Below are positions 36,747-46,987 of a DNA stretch of 64,000 nucleotides, in pieces. The notes beneath the pieces were generated by a model. The model made no database searches. It was not told the origin of the DNA and was given only the letters and a program-made list of their open reading frames with translations. The translations under genes were made by a program, and so were the position numbers. Origin of the DNA: Schizochytrium sp. TIO01 (taxonomy: Eukaryota > Protista > Bigyra: Labyrinthulomycetes); contig SMSO01000032.1 in NCBI GenBank assembly GCA_004764695.1, positions 1,798,001 through 1,862,000 on the forward strand, written 5' to 3'. The first letter of the stretch is position 1. Every line of letters begins with the position of its first letter.

Positions 36747-38657
36747 ATGGGTTCACGGGGCGCCTTTTTGATGGTTCGCCCATGTGGGGCTGGTCGAAGT
36801 TCCTGGAGGAAGCTCTACATAGTCGCAGCTGCACTCGGAATAGTGTTGGTTGTATTGCTGGGCCAGACTGCGCAGACCAGAGCATGGCAACCCTCAGAGA
36901 ACTCACTTTTCAGCAACAAATATCATCAAGAGCATCCAGCAGAACATGCTTCTTCAGTAAAGAATAATGGGGTTGCTTTCGGCAAAGTTCATAATGGTGA
37001 TGATTTCGGCGAAGAGCTCCGCAGACTACAAGACCAGTCCGAGGGAGAAGTGCAGGATCATGTAAGTAGACCAGATCTTGCTATCGATGCAGCTCCCAAA
37101 TCTGACCCTTCTGCAGATTCAATGTCTTCAACTTCGACTTCTTCAGTGTCACCTGAGGGCCTCTCAGTCCAGGCAGAGAACGTTGACGCTACTTCTGCAT
37201 CTAGGTCTGGTAATCCAAATACCCCACTGAGTGCCCAGAGTTCTGATGGCCCGGGTGACTCGAAGTCATCGCACGACACTTCTGTAGCAGAATACGATGC
37301 TGCACATCAAGACAATGATAATGACTCATACGAAGAAACTAGTATGAATTCCCAGCAAAACGCTGATAGTTCGCAAGGAAGTGTCCCTGGTTCTGCAAGC
37401 ACAAATGCTGTTGAGCATATCACACCTTCTGATGCGTCCCAAGATACAAAGTCTACCTATCGCTTTCAACCCAAAATACTTGACCAAGGTGTTTTAGATC
37501 AGAATGACCCGTCTGTACAACCCAAAACTATTGGTCGTGGTACGGGCTTAGATACTGGTGAAGGTGGTGAAGCTTCAGAGAGTGTCACTGCTCGCCTCCG
37601 AGCTTCATTTTTCTCGCATTATCACAAAAGTTCGGAAAATGATAAAACCTTGCCAAAGACTTCGATTGAGTCACATGCGCCAGAGGGTTTCGAGCAAGAT
37701 CCTTATTTTGGCTTGCAAATGCCTGAAAACCGCAGCTTTCTTTTTTTATTTATGTCTTTGGGCGTAGCAATAGCTTTCAAGCGTAGCGCCAGACTGCGTT
37801 TTCTAGCCACAAGGGTCGGTTCCTGGTTTCGTCGACGTTTCTCATTTCTTGCACCTCTTGCCTTTTCTCGGATTCGCTCGTTCATCCCTTCTTTATCTGA
37901 CAGTAAGCGTTCCAGCACAAGACAATCACTCTTTAGTCGACCCAGAAGCAAGCTAAGTGATCTACATGAACATGTGAGTGCCATAGCTTCGAGCGTAACG
38001 AAAACCGGGGCCAACAAGCCCGGGAAAGACGCAACCAAACACTTGGAGCTGAAGAACATGGTGCGCAGCTTTAAACCTCGTCGTCGCGATGTGCCTTCGG
38101 CTTTTCGTTCTGTCATTAGTAATGAGTCAATGGATGCCCTGGTCTCAAATCTTCCTGAACGACTTACTGCGAGTGACTGGGCACTGCTTTACGCTAGTGA
38201 ACTTCACGGCTATAACTTGACCACTGCATATCAAAAAGCGCAAAACTTTGGGCCATTTATTATTGTAGTGATGGACATGAATAGGTATGTGTTTGGAGCG
38301 TTCAGCGACGAAGCGCTCAAGTGTGGTGCAAGACAGTATTACGGAGGAGGCGAATCTTTCATTTTTCAGCTCGAACCAAGCTTTCGCTGTCATCGATGGA
38401 GTGGAGGCAATACACAATTCGTGCTTTCCACAAGAGAGATGCTTGCTTTTGGTGGAGGTGGCCACTTTGCTCTATTTTTGGACGCCATGTTTGAGCAAGG
38501 CTCAAGCGAACCAGGCTCTACCACCTTTGAAAGCTATGACTGTCTTTCGAGTCATCCACGCTTTAAGTGTTGTGCAGTTGAGATCTGGAGCTTTGTTTCA
38601 CCCATGATGCCTTCGCCTACAAAGCGAAGAGCAATGCCTTTCCCTTCATTTCGGTGA
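36747..38657 (+). CDS. TLDc (OXR1/NCOA7-type) domain protein with N-terminal signal/anchor, low-complexity region and internal TM
   Basis: C-terminal LPERL...WALLYASELHGYNLTTAY...VFGAF...YYGGGESFIF...LAFGGGGHFALFLD...VEIW matches TLDc. Hydrophobic segments LYIVAAALGIVLVVLLG and FLFLFMSLGVAIAF. Confidence 0.85.
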   Translation: MGSRGAFLMVRPCGAGRSSWRKLYIVAAALGIVLVVLLGQTAQTRAWQPSENSLFSNKYHQEHPAEHASSVKNNGVAFGKVHNGDDFGEELRRLQDQSEGEVQDHVSRPDLAIDAAPKSDPSADSMSSTSTSSVSPEGLSVQAENVDATSASRSGNPNTPLSAQSSDGPGDSKSSHDTSVAEYDAAHQDNDNDSYEETSMNSQQNADSSQGSVPGSASTNAVEHITPSDASQDTKSTYRFQPKILDQGVLDQNDPSVQPKTIGRGTGLDTGEGGEASESVTARLRASFFSHYHKSSENDKTLPKTSIESHAPEGFEQDPYFGLQMPENRSFLFLFMSLGVAIAFKRSARLRFLATRVGSWFRRRFSFLAPLAFSRIRSFIPSLSDSKRSSTRQSLFSRPRSKLSDLHEHVSAIASSVTKTGANKPGKDATKHLELKNMVRSFKPRRRDVPSAFRSVISNESMDALVSNLPERLTASDWALLYASELHGYNLTTAYQKAQNFGPFIIVVMDMNRYVFGAFSDEALKCGARQYYGGGESFIFQLEPSFRCHRWSGGNTQFVLSTREMLAFGGGGHFALFLDAMFEQGSSEPGSTTFESYDCLSSHPRFKCCAVEIWSFVSPMMPSPTKRRAMPFPSFR

Positions 38658-39236
38658 CCTATAGCCATGTCCACAAGTTAGATCCTGGTTTGTTCTCTTA
38701 TCGACTATCACCACGAAACTTTGTAATCTCAGAAAGACGAATAACCTGGCATCTGTGGTTGCTTTCGCGATCACTTCTATTCACATTGGCAGGCTCTCGA
38801 AGTGGTTAATGAAATTGGATTAACGATGAAATTAATACGGATACATTTTTCTTTCAATTTAGGTCTGAATCTACCTTAATGATTAGTGCTTCTTTTGATG
38901 TTATTATTATATTTTCATTACAACCCAAAAGATGAACATTGGTTTGCCAATAATATATAATTTACATGGTTCGTACTTAATCGAAGCGCCCTTCAATTGC
39001 GTCTCGTTTTAGTTTCTAGTCGTGCTTACTTCGGTGAAGAAAATTGTTGGCAGCTATAAAAACCACCATATTTTTTTTATCTCTCCCCCCTTTCGCTTTT
39101 AAACAACAAAGGGGGCAGTAGGAATTTATTCAATCGCGTCCAAGACCTGTATTTGCTACGATCTCGAGTGTCTCCAGGTACAAAAACTGTTGAACGAGGA
39201 AGAAAATAACGTATAAAGACAGTTTTAAAAAACGTG

Positions 39237-41693
39237 TTAGGATCTTGTCAAAGAGGAAAATCGATCAGTTTGGGCACGATCAGACATTGTACGACGGACA
39301 TCCAATACAGCCGCACTTACGCTTTGGCCACGATGGCGCGGCCAAGCTGGGGTGCTGTTGTGATGCTCAGCATACGAATCCATATGTGATGCACGGAATG
39401 TGTAATGTAGATCAAGCTTAGCCAGAACTTTGGGGTGCGATGAGCTCAAATCAGCAGGGGTTGGCCGCTCGTAATACACTGTAACGTTGATTAAATATAG
39501 CGTGCATAATGCAAACCACACAAAGAGAGGTGTGAAAACTTCAACCCATGTCACTGAGGACCCTGCTGGCTCCAGCTTGATGACGAGCATGACCTGAAAG
39601 GCTACAAGTGGAGTAAAAATAATCAACATCACAAAGACAACTAACAAACTGTCAGATATATCTTTGCGCGTGTAGAGGCTCTGTACAAGTGTGATAAAGA
39701 GAAATACAACAAGCTCTGCCTCAAAAACCCAGATTGGAATGAGGACAACAGCTATAGAGGGGGCGATATAGCGATCTAGGTAGAGTGGAAGAATGACCCC
39801 AAAGGAAGCTACAGGTATCCAAACTGAAAACATGAGAACAGTATAAGGAGTTTTAAAGTCTTCCATATCCTCGTGTGCCCCGCACCATCGCAACAAAGGA
39901 CTGAATGCAAGAATAAGAAGCATAAGCCAAAATGGAGAGAACACGGCTATCCATGGCCACGTTGTAGCTTGGTCAACCTGTAGACCAATAAATATTACAA
40001 AGAGAACAAGGCTCAAATAAAGTACAAGTCCACTATAGAGTGCCACGGGTTCTTCGCGAAAGACTTTGTGCATCCAGAATTGAATAAAACCACGATAGTT
40101 TCCGTACATTCCATAGAAAAGAGAAGCAGGATCTGATGATTTAAAGAGGAGAAAAGCGCCAACAGCAATACAAATTGCAAAGAGGCCAAAAAGAAACAGC
40201 AAAGGTATCATGATAATCCATATGCTTCCATCAAGTCGATTATCCATATCTAGAGCTACCAGAAGGAATAGAAGCAAAGGACAGATCCCTATCATTGGGG
40301 TAGTGAACTCCAAAGAAAATAATCGGATAGACCTTTCAATCATTGCACGCTTAGTATTGAGGGCTTCTATCTCAGATGTCAGAATTCTCTCTTGTTCCGC
40401 AAGTCGCAAGCGTTCCTCAAACTCATGGATTCTTTGCAGATAGATAGCCTTTTCACGACAAGGAGCAAACCGGGAGTCGACTAGTGAGCTCTCTGAGCGC
40501 CCTGCATGAGCACCGACATCGATTGTAGATTGTTCATTCCTGGACGTACTACCACCAGCAGAAGATGAGTTGCGTTTCCAAAATGGCCATGTGATGGAGG
40601 AGCCTTGAAAAGGGTTCCATATATTTCTAGCTAGGACTCCCCATGATTCAACTGTTTGTGATTGCCTTTCAATGGCACTCTCTTGAGCAACAGCATTGGA
40701 AGTCTCCCCCACAGTTGCATCCTCTATGTCAGATTGAAGAGTCACCTGGGTAACATTTGAAGTACCAGATCCAGCACTACGGGTCAATGTGGAGCTTGCA
40801 ATGCTCCCATCAGATCGTCTTCGCCCTCTTACAGTGGACACGGTTGAGGGTGCTCCATTAGGTAGAATCTGTTGTTGCCATTGATGTTGTTGCTGGTGTT
40901 GTATAGACGGTCCAGATGGTAATGTTGCGGGTACGGAAGATGTAGCATTGCGCGGCCGATGTCCAAGCTCCAGGTCCCGATTTCTGCTCAAAAGGGAGTA
41001 AGAAACTCCTAAAGAAGAAGGCACAGCATGCGCAGGAAGATACAGGGATGCTGGTTCGGTAAATGGATTGGGGCCTGAGCTAATATCGGGAGATTCGAAG
41101 GGTCTAGATGCATAGAAATCTAGGATTAGCAAACGACGCCATAGGCGCGGATCATCAGCTGCTCTTTGCAGCAATGAGCATGTAACGCTCACTCGTACAA
41201 GATCCCGAGCTTCCAGAAAGACCAGAAGCTTCGCAACTATCAAAGCCTGTGGGAGCTCAACAAGCTTACATCGTTTACTCAAGGGGATATTGTCATCTCG
41301 CGGGCTGGCTTTAGATAATCTTGATCGCCGAACAGGCCATCTTTTCACTGTAGATGACAATTTGCCTGATGCAGACGGCGGGCTTAGTATTTTGCGTTGG
41401 GAGGCTTGCTGCATGTTTGATTCATCTGATGTCGTTGTCATTTCAATCATCTGTCCAGATTTCCTTCTGTTTTCCGTGCGAAGATGTATGTCTTGCACAA
41501 CACGTTGATGAAAGGGATCAACAAGTTCTGCGTCACCTTGGCCTGGATCAGAGGACATGATTGTTTCACCAGATGAAGTTGGTTCGGAGTTTACATTATC
41601 AAATGCAAAAAGTCCCTGATTTCCCGAGATTAATGATACTTCATAGTGTTGGCTATCAACGCTTGACATACTTGGGTTAAGGTCCAACGTCAT
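39237..41693 (-). CDS. F-box protein fused to a TMEM185/TMEM60-like multi-pass membrane domain
   Basis: F-box LVELPQALIVAKLLVFLEARDLVRVSVTCSLLQRAADDPRLWRRL. About 8 TM helices with repeated (L)D....W..(V/I)(F/M).P.W motifs (LDGSIWIIMIP, WPWIAVFSPFW, VTWVEVFTPLFVW). The 5' end is uncertain. Confidence 0.75.
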   Translation of the reverse strand: MTLDLNPSMSSVDSQHYEVSLISGNQGLFAFDNVNSEPTSSGETIMSSDPGQGDAELVDPFHQRVVQDIHLRTENRRKSGQMIEMTTTSDESNMQQASQRKILSPPSASGKLSSTVKRWPVRRSRLSKASPRDDNIPLSKRCKLVELPQALIVAKLLVFLEARDLVRVSVTCSLLQRAADDPRLWRRLLILDFYASRPFESPDISSGPNPFTEPASLYLPAHAVPSSLGVSYSLLSRNRDLELGHRPRNATSSVPATLPSGPSIQHQQQHQWQQQILPNGAPSTVSTVRGRRRSDGSIASSTLTRSAGSGTSNVTQVTLQSDIEDATVGETSNAVAQESAIERQSQTVESWGVLARNIWNPFQGSSITWPFWKRNSSSAGGSTSRNEQSTIDVGAHAGRSESSLVDSRFAPCREKAIYLQRIHEFEERLRLAEQERILTSEIEALNTKRAMIERSIRLFSLEFTTPMIGICPLLLFLLVALDMDNRLDGSIWIIMIPLLFLFGLFAICIAVGAFLLFKSSDPASLFYGMYGNYRGFIQFWMHKVFREEPVALYSGLVLYLSLVLFVIFIGLQVDQATTWPWIAVFSPFWLMLLILAFSPLLRWCGAHEDMEDFKTPYTVLMFSVWIPVASFGVILPLYLDRYIAPSIAVVLIPIWVFEAELVVFLFITLVQSLYTRKDISDSLLVVFVMLIIFTPLVAFQVMLVIKLEPAGSSVTWVEVFTPLFVWFALCTLYLINVTVYYERPTPADLSSSHPKVLAKLDLHYTFRASHMDSYAEHHNSTPAWPRHRGQSVSAAVLDVRRTMSDRAQTDRFSSLTRS

Positions 41694-42317
41694 GATATTC
41701 GATGAACTACTTGCCACAGGTATTTCTCTATACCAGCCCTATATATCAAATGCATAAACCAGGGCAGGAACCCAGAACGTGGTAGTATTTTCTATCTGTG
41801 GACTAACCAACGTCGCCGATGCCTTTACCTTCTGATTTTGAGAAAATCTTCAGATTGCGTATTTTGTCAAACTATGTCGCCTACACTTGCGGAAGTTAAG
41901 AAAGGTGGTTTGTTTTTGCTTCAAGAAAACCCTTCAGGAGTTCTTCCCTTTTGTCGAAGGTTTTCGGTCAGTCGGATAAACGTTTGGGCCCTCGAAATGC
42001 AAACATGCAGGCGCTGTCGACAAAGCAAGAGTAGAGACACGTTAGCCTCGCAGCGCCGCGGTTCACCAATCTGCCAGCGCCGCGGCAGCTGGTCTCGCCT
42101 CGCTGGCTCGTCCAGCAATGGCTGATAGACTGATGATGGGTTGACGTATTGTTTGATCGCCTCTCTTTTCGAGCTTCCTTTTCAACTTGAATTAAGGGAG
42201 TCCAGAGTGACGATCTAATCGGAAACGATTAGGCTTAGGGCTTAAGTATAAGCTGTGCATAGGCATTAGCAGTAGCGTATATACTATGAGTAATCGCTGA
42301 TTGTAGTGTTGCGAAGA

Positions 42318-42440
42318 GATTGACCTATAAAATTTGCAAAACTTGCATTTCCTATGGTGACGAAATGGGGCTAAGGCCCAATTGCAGACTAAATATTTGC
42401 CCACAACTCAGAGACAATTTTGGAACCATATCTTTTGACG
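42318..42440 (-). ncRNA. Candidate omegaRNA scaffold at the 3' end of the Fanzor/TnpB gene
   Basis: Position is as expected for TnpB/Fanzor guide RNAs. The minus strand reads ttGGGCcttaGCCC, CATTTC..GAAATG, TGCAA gtt TTGCA (short potential stems), then ggTCAAt. Boundaries and expression are inferred only. Confidence 0.4.
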
Positions 42441-43741
42441 AGTAGTGCGAAATGATGCCTCTGGTGTCGCGGATATCACGATCGGCTACGTGTTTGCATA
42501 TTGGGTATTTGAAAACCTTGGATGTCCCAAACTTGATGATGATGCCACGTGCATTGCATGCTTTTCAAGTGTAATCCTCTCAGCAAATAAAAAGTTTACA
42601 CCAAGGGAAAAGCTCGGCTTTGTTATGCAGCGCTTGACAGAAGTCAAAGTGCCCCTAACGACACGTCATTCGGACTGTCTTACTTTTGATCCGTCTTGTT
42701 AACTTGTTGATCATCTGAGAGGTTCAAAGTTAGGCAAAAGGACGTCACGATAGTTTTCACAGAGCCCAAGTGCAAGCTTGCGGTGAATATCAGTGCCTTA
42801 TTCTTGATCTTCAGGCGTGCGCCTAGGTATGCGCGTCTCAAGGCAGATTTACCTTTTTTTTCTTTCAAACCTGTTTACCTTGAATTTTGTCGGCGGCGAA
42901 AGAAAATAATATGCTGTTTGTGTCTGTCTTCCCCTGGGACCCACTCAATGGCTCGGCCATCAGCGTCATACACCAGCGTACTCCTGGGTCCAAGACAATG
43001 ACACTATGGTGTGCCTTATCTCCTGATCGGCCTTCATGCATAAAGCAGAAGTAAACAATGCCTCAGGTGATTCATTTGCACACGCATGGCATTGATTACT
43101 TGGTCGGGGAACCTTTCCTTGTGGATACGTAATCTTTTGAGAAAGACTGCGGTTTTCTTTTATTTCTGGTCTAGTCGCGTGACCCGACCTCAAAATTCTG
43201 GGTTTTGCCACGCTTTGTACGAAACTTGTATCAAGAGCAAGCCCCAAGCTCCTTTTCGGCAGCTAATTCATCGTGTTTGGCCTGACCAGCATCGAGGGTT
43301 TTGAAAGAATCAACGATTCCTGAATCACGTATAGGGTTGTGGTACCTCGAGAACCCATTCGGAAGCGTTTTCCTTCTCTTTAAGACGAATGGCTTTCTTT
43401 TCTTCATATCCATCGCCGAACATTTTAGGATCGGCTTCTTCGCTTTTCAGGACTTACATCGTTTTAGGATCCTTCCTGATGCATGCATCTTGATGCAGGA
43501 CCACGGCTTCGCCTTTACCTTTGGAAGGATCTTGATAAAAGGCAACACCAACTCTGTAAGCTCTTCTAGTAACGCCAAACCATTTATTGAGCTTGAATGC
43601 GCTGATCTTTCGTTGGATGGAAACTAATCCTCTTAACACGAACTAAATTATACCCTTCTTGGGGTCCTTACGTGCCTTCACACGCGCTCTCTTCTTCCTC
43701 GCTGCGTCGTCACCGTCTATCTTGCGCTGCTCGTTTTCCAT
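42352..43741 (-). pseudogene. tnpB: Fanzor2/TnpB-like RNA-guided RuvC nuclease, disrupted
   Basis: Manual translation: RVKRISFHPTKDQR/KLNKWFGVTRRAY (N-terminal HTH, ~43640-43560); WVLEVP/IRDSG; YKFRTKR; VIVLDPGVR (RuvC-I, DPGVR at 42976-42990)/YDADG..EW; LKIKNK/DIHRKLALGLCENY..VLLPNFE; RRIKSKTVRM..GHFDF..LHNKAE; EDYT*KAC..RG..SKVFKYPIC (decayed Zn finger); ADRD (RuvC-III, 42475-42483). Span is ~463 codons; the ATG overlaps the tnpA 3' end. Confidence 0.9.
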
Positions 43742-44307
43742 GATGCAACGCCATGAAGACGGTGATGATGCCAAGGAGGTCGGTCTTTTTTAGCCTCTGG
43801 TATATGCATCTTGGCCTTGAACCACGAGTCTGACATTTTCTCTTTCGAGAAGGTGCTCAAGGAGCTCGACGGTGGTTCATGCAAGTTGGTCGCAGTGCGT
43901 GACCACAACCTGGCCGACTCCACCGCTGTCACAGGCGTCCAGTAGGGCGAGCAAGTCCGGCCTTTTCAAGCTAACCTCGCTACCGATGCCTTTTTAGACG
44001 GCTGGGGCGTCTGGATACGCGCTCTGAATGTCACCAGTCTGGCCTTTGAAATTCTCTTTCTGTTTGACGGAGGAAACTCTGGCGTAGATAATGGTAAGGT
44101 CAGTGCTGTGTTGCTTGCGGCTGACGGAACTGCGGCCTTTTATATGGGCTCAACATCGTCTCTTGTGTATATGCGCTTGCCTTCCGGGAAGCGCCTGAGG
44201 GGCACTCACTAAGGCGCCAAACTTCTGGTTGAAATGCTTTGAAATTTAAGTTGGAGGTTTGCTTCAGTTGTAGTGTTTGGAGCTTGGTGGTTCCTTGGCC
44301 GTGCCAT
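43668..44307 (-). pseudogene. tnpA: IS607-type serine recombinase/transposase TnpA, disrupted
   Basis: Manual translation across frames: ..RRFPEGKRIYTRDDVE.. (wing of the MerR-like HTH); TIIYARVSSVKQKE (catalytic Ser motif, 44069-44089); YPD..GIGS..SLKRPDLLALLD...GGVGQVVVTHCDQLA*TTVELLEHLL..VRLVV; DLLGIITVFMALHHGKRAA. Span is ~213 codons with several stops and frameshifts. Confidence 0.88.
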
Positions 44308-44452
44308 TTTCTGACCTAATCTCCACTTCTTCACAAAAACCTGAATAAGTATGATATATATATATATCATTTATATTAAATAGACACTATTTGAAGGTTA
44401 TATTAGTTCTAACGTTTTTATAGGTACGGATAGAATCCATGAGTACCTTTTA

Positions 44453-46987
44453 GTCAGTTAATAGATAGGCACTGATGCCAAGGCTTGAGCTTACACTCTT
44501 ATCATGATCACTTTCATCGTTTATTTTATTTTCCAAAGGCTTCGAGTTGTAAGCATACAAGTATCTAAAAAGGCAGTTGCACAGCTACGTGCTACTGCGA
44601 AGAGAATACGAAAGGACCAAAGAAATAAACTTTTGCATCTTTTCAAAGAGGATACGATATAACTCGCTAACTCTTGAATCTTCAATTGATTCATCAATCA
44701 GCGCATGTAACAGACATCAACGAACTATATGAATGTTGAAAATCAGTTTGAGCTAAGCCCCAAGTCCAACTAGATATACTGAGTCCAAAACGTTTTCACG
44801 CAGAAACACAGTAGTAACTAGTGCACTTTGAATTTGTGAATAATCAATTTGGTTGATTTCACCTGCAACTGGACATTGATAAACATCGACCAAGCGGCAT
44901 TGGTGCTCATTTCTCTATGGCATACTACCTCTTAAGTTTACTAATACTTGCATAGAACTACAGCGATGTTTGCTTGGCATGTTTCTTCAACCAGTTGTCT
45001 TAGTAATTAATTCGAAAATGCCAAGCTGTAATTAATCTTTAGTAAGCAAATGGTTGGCCCGTTGGAATCTGAACGTAATAAATGTTGACAGAACATAATT
45101 TTTGCCACGATAATAACCTTGAATCTCACAAAATTTCACGGATTATTACACTAAGAATATGACGATCACCACATAAATCGATTTTACATCTTACGAACAC
45201 CACCTATCAAGGACGATCGTAAAGCATTCGTAGACTCATCGCAAGTCGTTTTGCATTCTCTGCGACGGACACATGCAGTGTCTCATTAGTGCGTTTATTT
45301 CCTCGGAAAACCTCGTTTGCTTTCCTTACTGTTACAATGACACCCACTTTTGGGCAAAAGACTTGCGATATTGTACTCAATGAGACATCCGTTGGAAAGC
45401 TTGAGGTTGCCCAATTTGCTGTGTGCGAGAGATTCGATTCATACTCGGAAGTGAGAAGAGGAGTGCCGTTTGTGTAAGTATGATTTCTTGCAAAAGAATT
45501 CTGTGGGTTATGTTTTCCACTATTGTCGTTGTGAAAGGCCTGTGAGAAGCCATCATCAGCTTGCATAGTGTTGGTCGAAATATTTAGACATTTTTTCTGA
45601 CTCGTCTCTTTCAAACTTTCTTTTCCGTCCCTGTGCAAAAGGTTTTGCTGGACTACGTCATATACTGAAGCTGCCTGAGAGTATTGAAACACTGGTAAAG
45701 GTAAGTTCTTCTCATTCGCTGACTATGAACAAATATTCCTATGTATGAAAACTTACGAGACCGATCTACAGATTAAATTTCCAAAGTTTTCAAGGCGAGT
45801 GATTTATGATTCATATCAGTAACAAAATCCTCTCCAATGCTGTTAGACTTTATTGATATTCCAAATGCTCTATCCCTAGTACAACTTACCTTGCTTAAGC
45901 GCCTGACACGAGGAACCTGACCAGCACGGGCGATTTTTTCAAGCTGAACACGCGGCAAGCGCTCTGCCATAGCTCGGATTGATGCGTTGCGTTCACGAAT
46001 GGGATCGCTGAAAGAAAGCATAAGGTTTTCTCGTGTCACTTTGATAGTATAAATCACATTTTGGAAAGCTCTTTCAACGACGGAGTTGTTTTCCAGCGAA
46101 TTCGAAATGGATTTCTTAATGATAGCTTTTTTTGGAGACTTTTTTCCAGATATCGCAACCTGATGTTTTTGAGTTTGTTTCACCAGATTCATCTTGGAGG
46201 GCAAGTTCACTTTTGCTCCAGGTTTGCTTTTCAATTTGCTTGTCGAGACTGATTCTTTACTATCAGAGTTCGAGACGCCGGAACATATCGTGACAGAAGT
46301 CTTCTCTTCGTGATTTTTACTCTTAGGTTCTTCCTCATCTGCAAGTTGTTGCTGACTCACAGATGTTTCCGATGCAAGCTTCGAACGGTTAAGATTCAGT
46401 GCAGGGCTCATGGAGGATAGCACATCGTTGTTCGCAAGTGATTTAGCATCTGCGCTTATTGTCGTCTTTTGTGTATTGCACGGTTGCTGTAAATGCCGAG
46501 CTTGAATAACTGAGTTTGTATACGTGGAGTTTGGAAGAGTATTTGGTAACTTTGATGCAGAAGTCGACTCGGTGTCCAAACTTTTATTCGTAGCTGTGTT
46601 TGGGCACGGGCGGGCCTTTGCTGCTTCAACCATGATTGACGTACTAGTCTCTGTTTCCATGACTTTTGAAGAACAGGTTTCCTTGTTATGATTATGTTGC
46701 TTTATAGCAGTGAAGTGATTTGACCGACTTTGGATGTTGTGCTCAGATATTGCTGGGGTACTTCTCGGTTGCGTAGTGGTGTTGGACACAGATCGTTGAT
46801 CGCACTGAAGCAACTCGTGCAACGTTGCGTTTGCGTTAGATATTGTGCAGTGCTCAAAGCAATTCTGTACACTCTTGCTCGATTGGGCCGTGTTCAGGAA
46901 ACAAACTTCCGACCTTGCCGACATTACGATGCTGTCTCGATTAATATCAGGGGTTGTTGTGTCTGTTGCTGGTATACTTGTTTTCAT
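44453..46987 (-). pseudogene. Low-complexity Ser/Thr/Lys-rich gene of unknown function, probably multi-exon and decaying at its 3' part
   Basis: 404-aa ORF (45773..46987) with a gtaagt donor at ~45889, and a 161-aa ORF (45207..45692). A further ~150-codon protein-like frame at ~44453-44910 is interrupted by three stops. No family recognised. Confidence 0.4.

Larger units (their letters stand above)
42318..44350 (-). mobile_element. Degenerate IS607-family transposon (TnpA serine recombinase + Fanzor2/TnpB + candidate omegaRNA); ends approximate
   Basis: Two overlapping, co-oriented decayed genes with IS607 TnpA and TnpB/Fanzor motifs in the canonical order, ~2 kb in total. No terminal inverted repeats seen, as expected for IS607. 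Confidence 0.85.

Noticed and set aside
42352-44307. Idea that the tnpA/Fanzor disruptions are only sequencing errors
   Set aside because: There are many in-frame nonsense codons and substitutions in conserved residues (Zn-finger Cys, DRLAR motif), far denser than the rare indels seen in neighbouring genes.
44351-44370. 20-bp perfect palindrome upstream of tnpA as a transposon end signal
   Set aside because: Mostly a (TA)n run, which is self-complementary by default. It cannot define the end without other copies.
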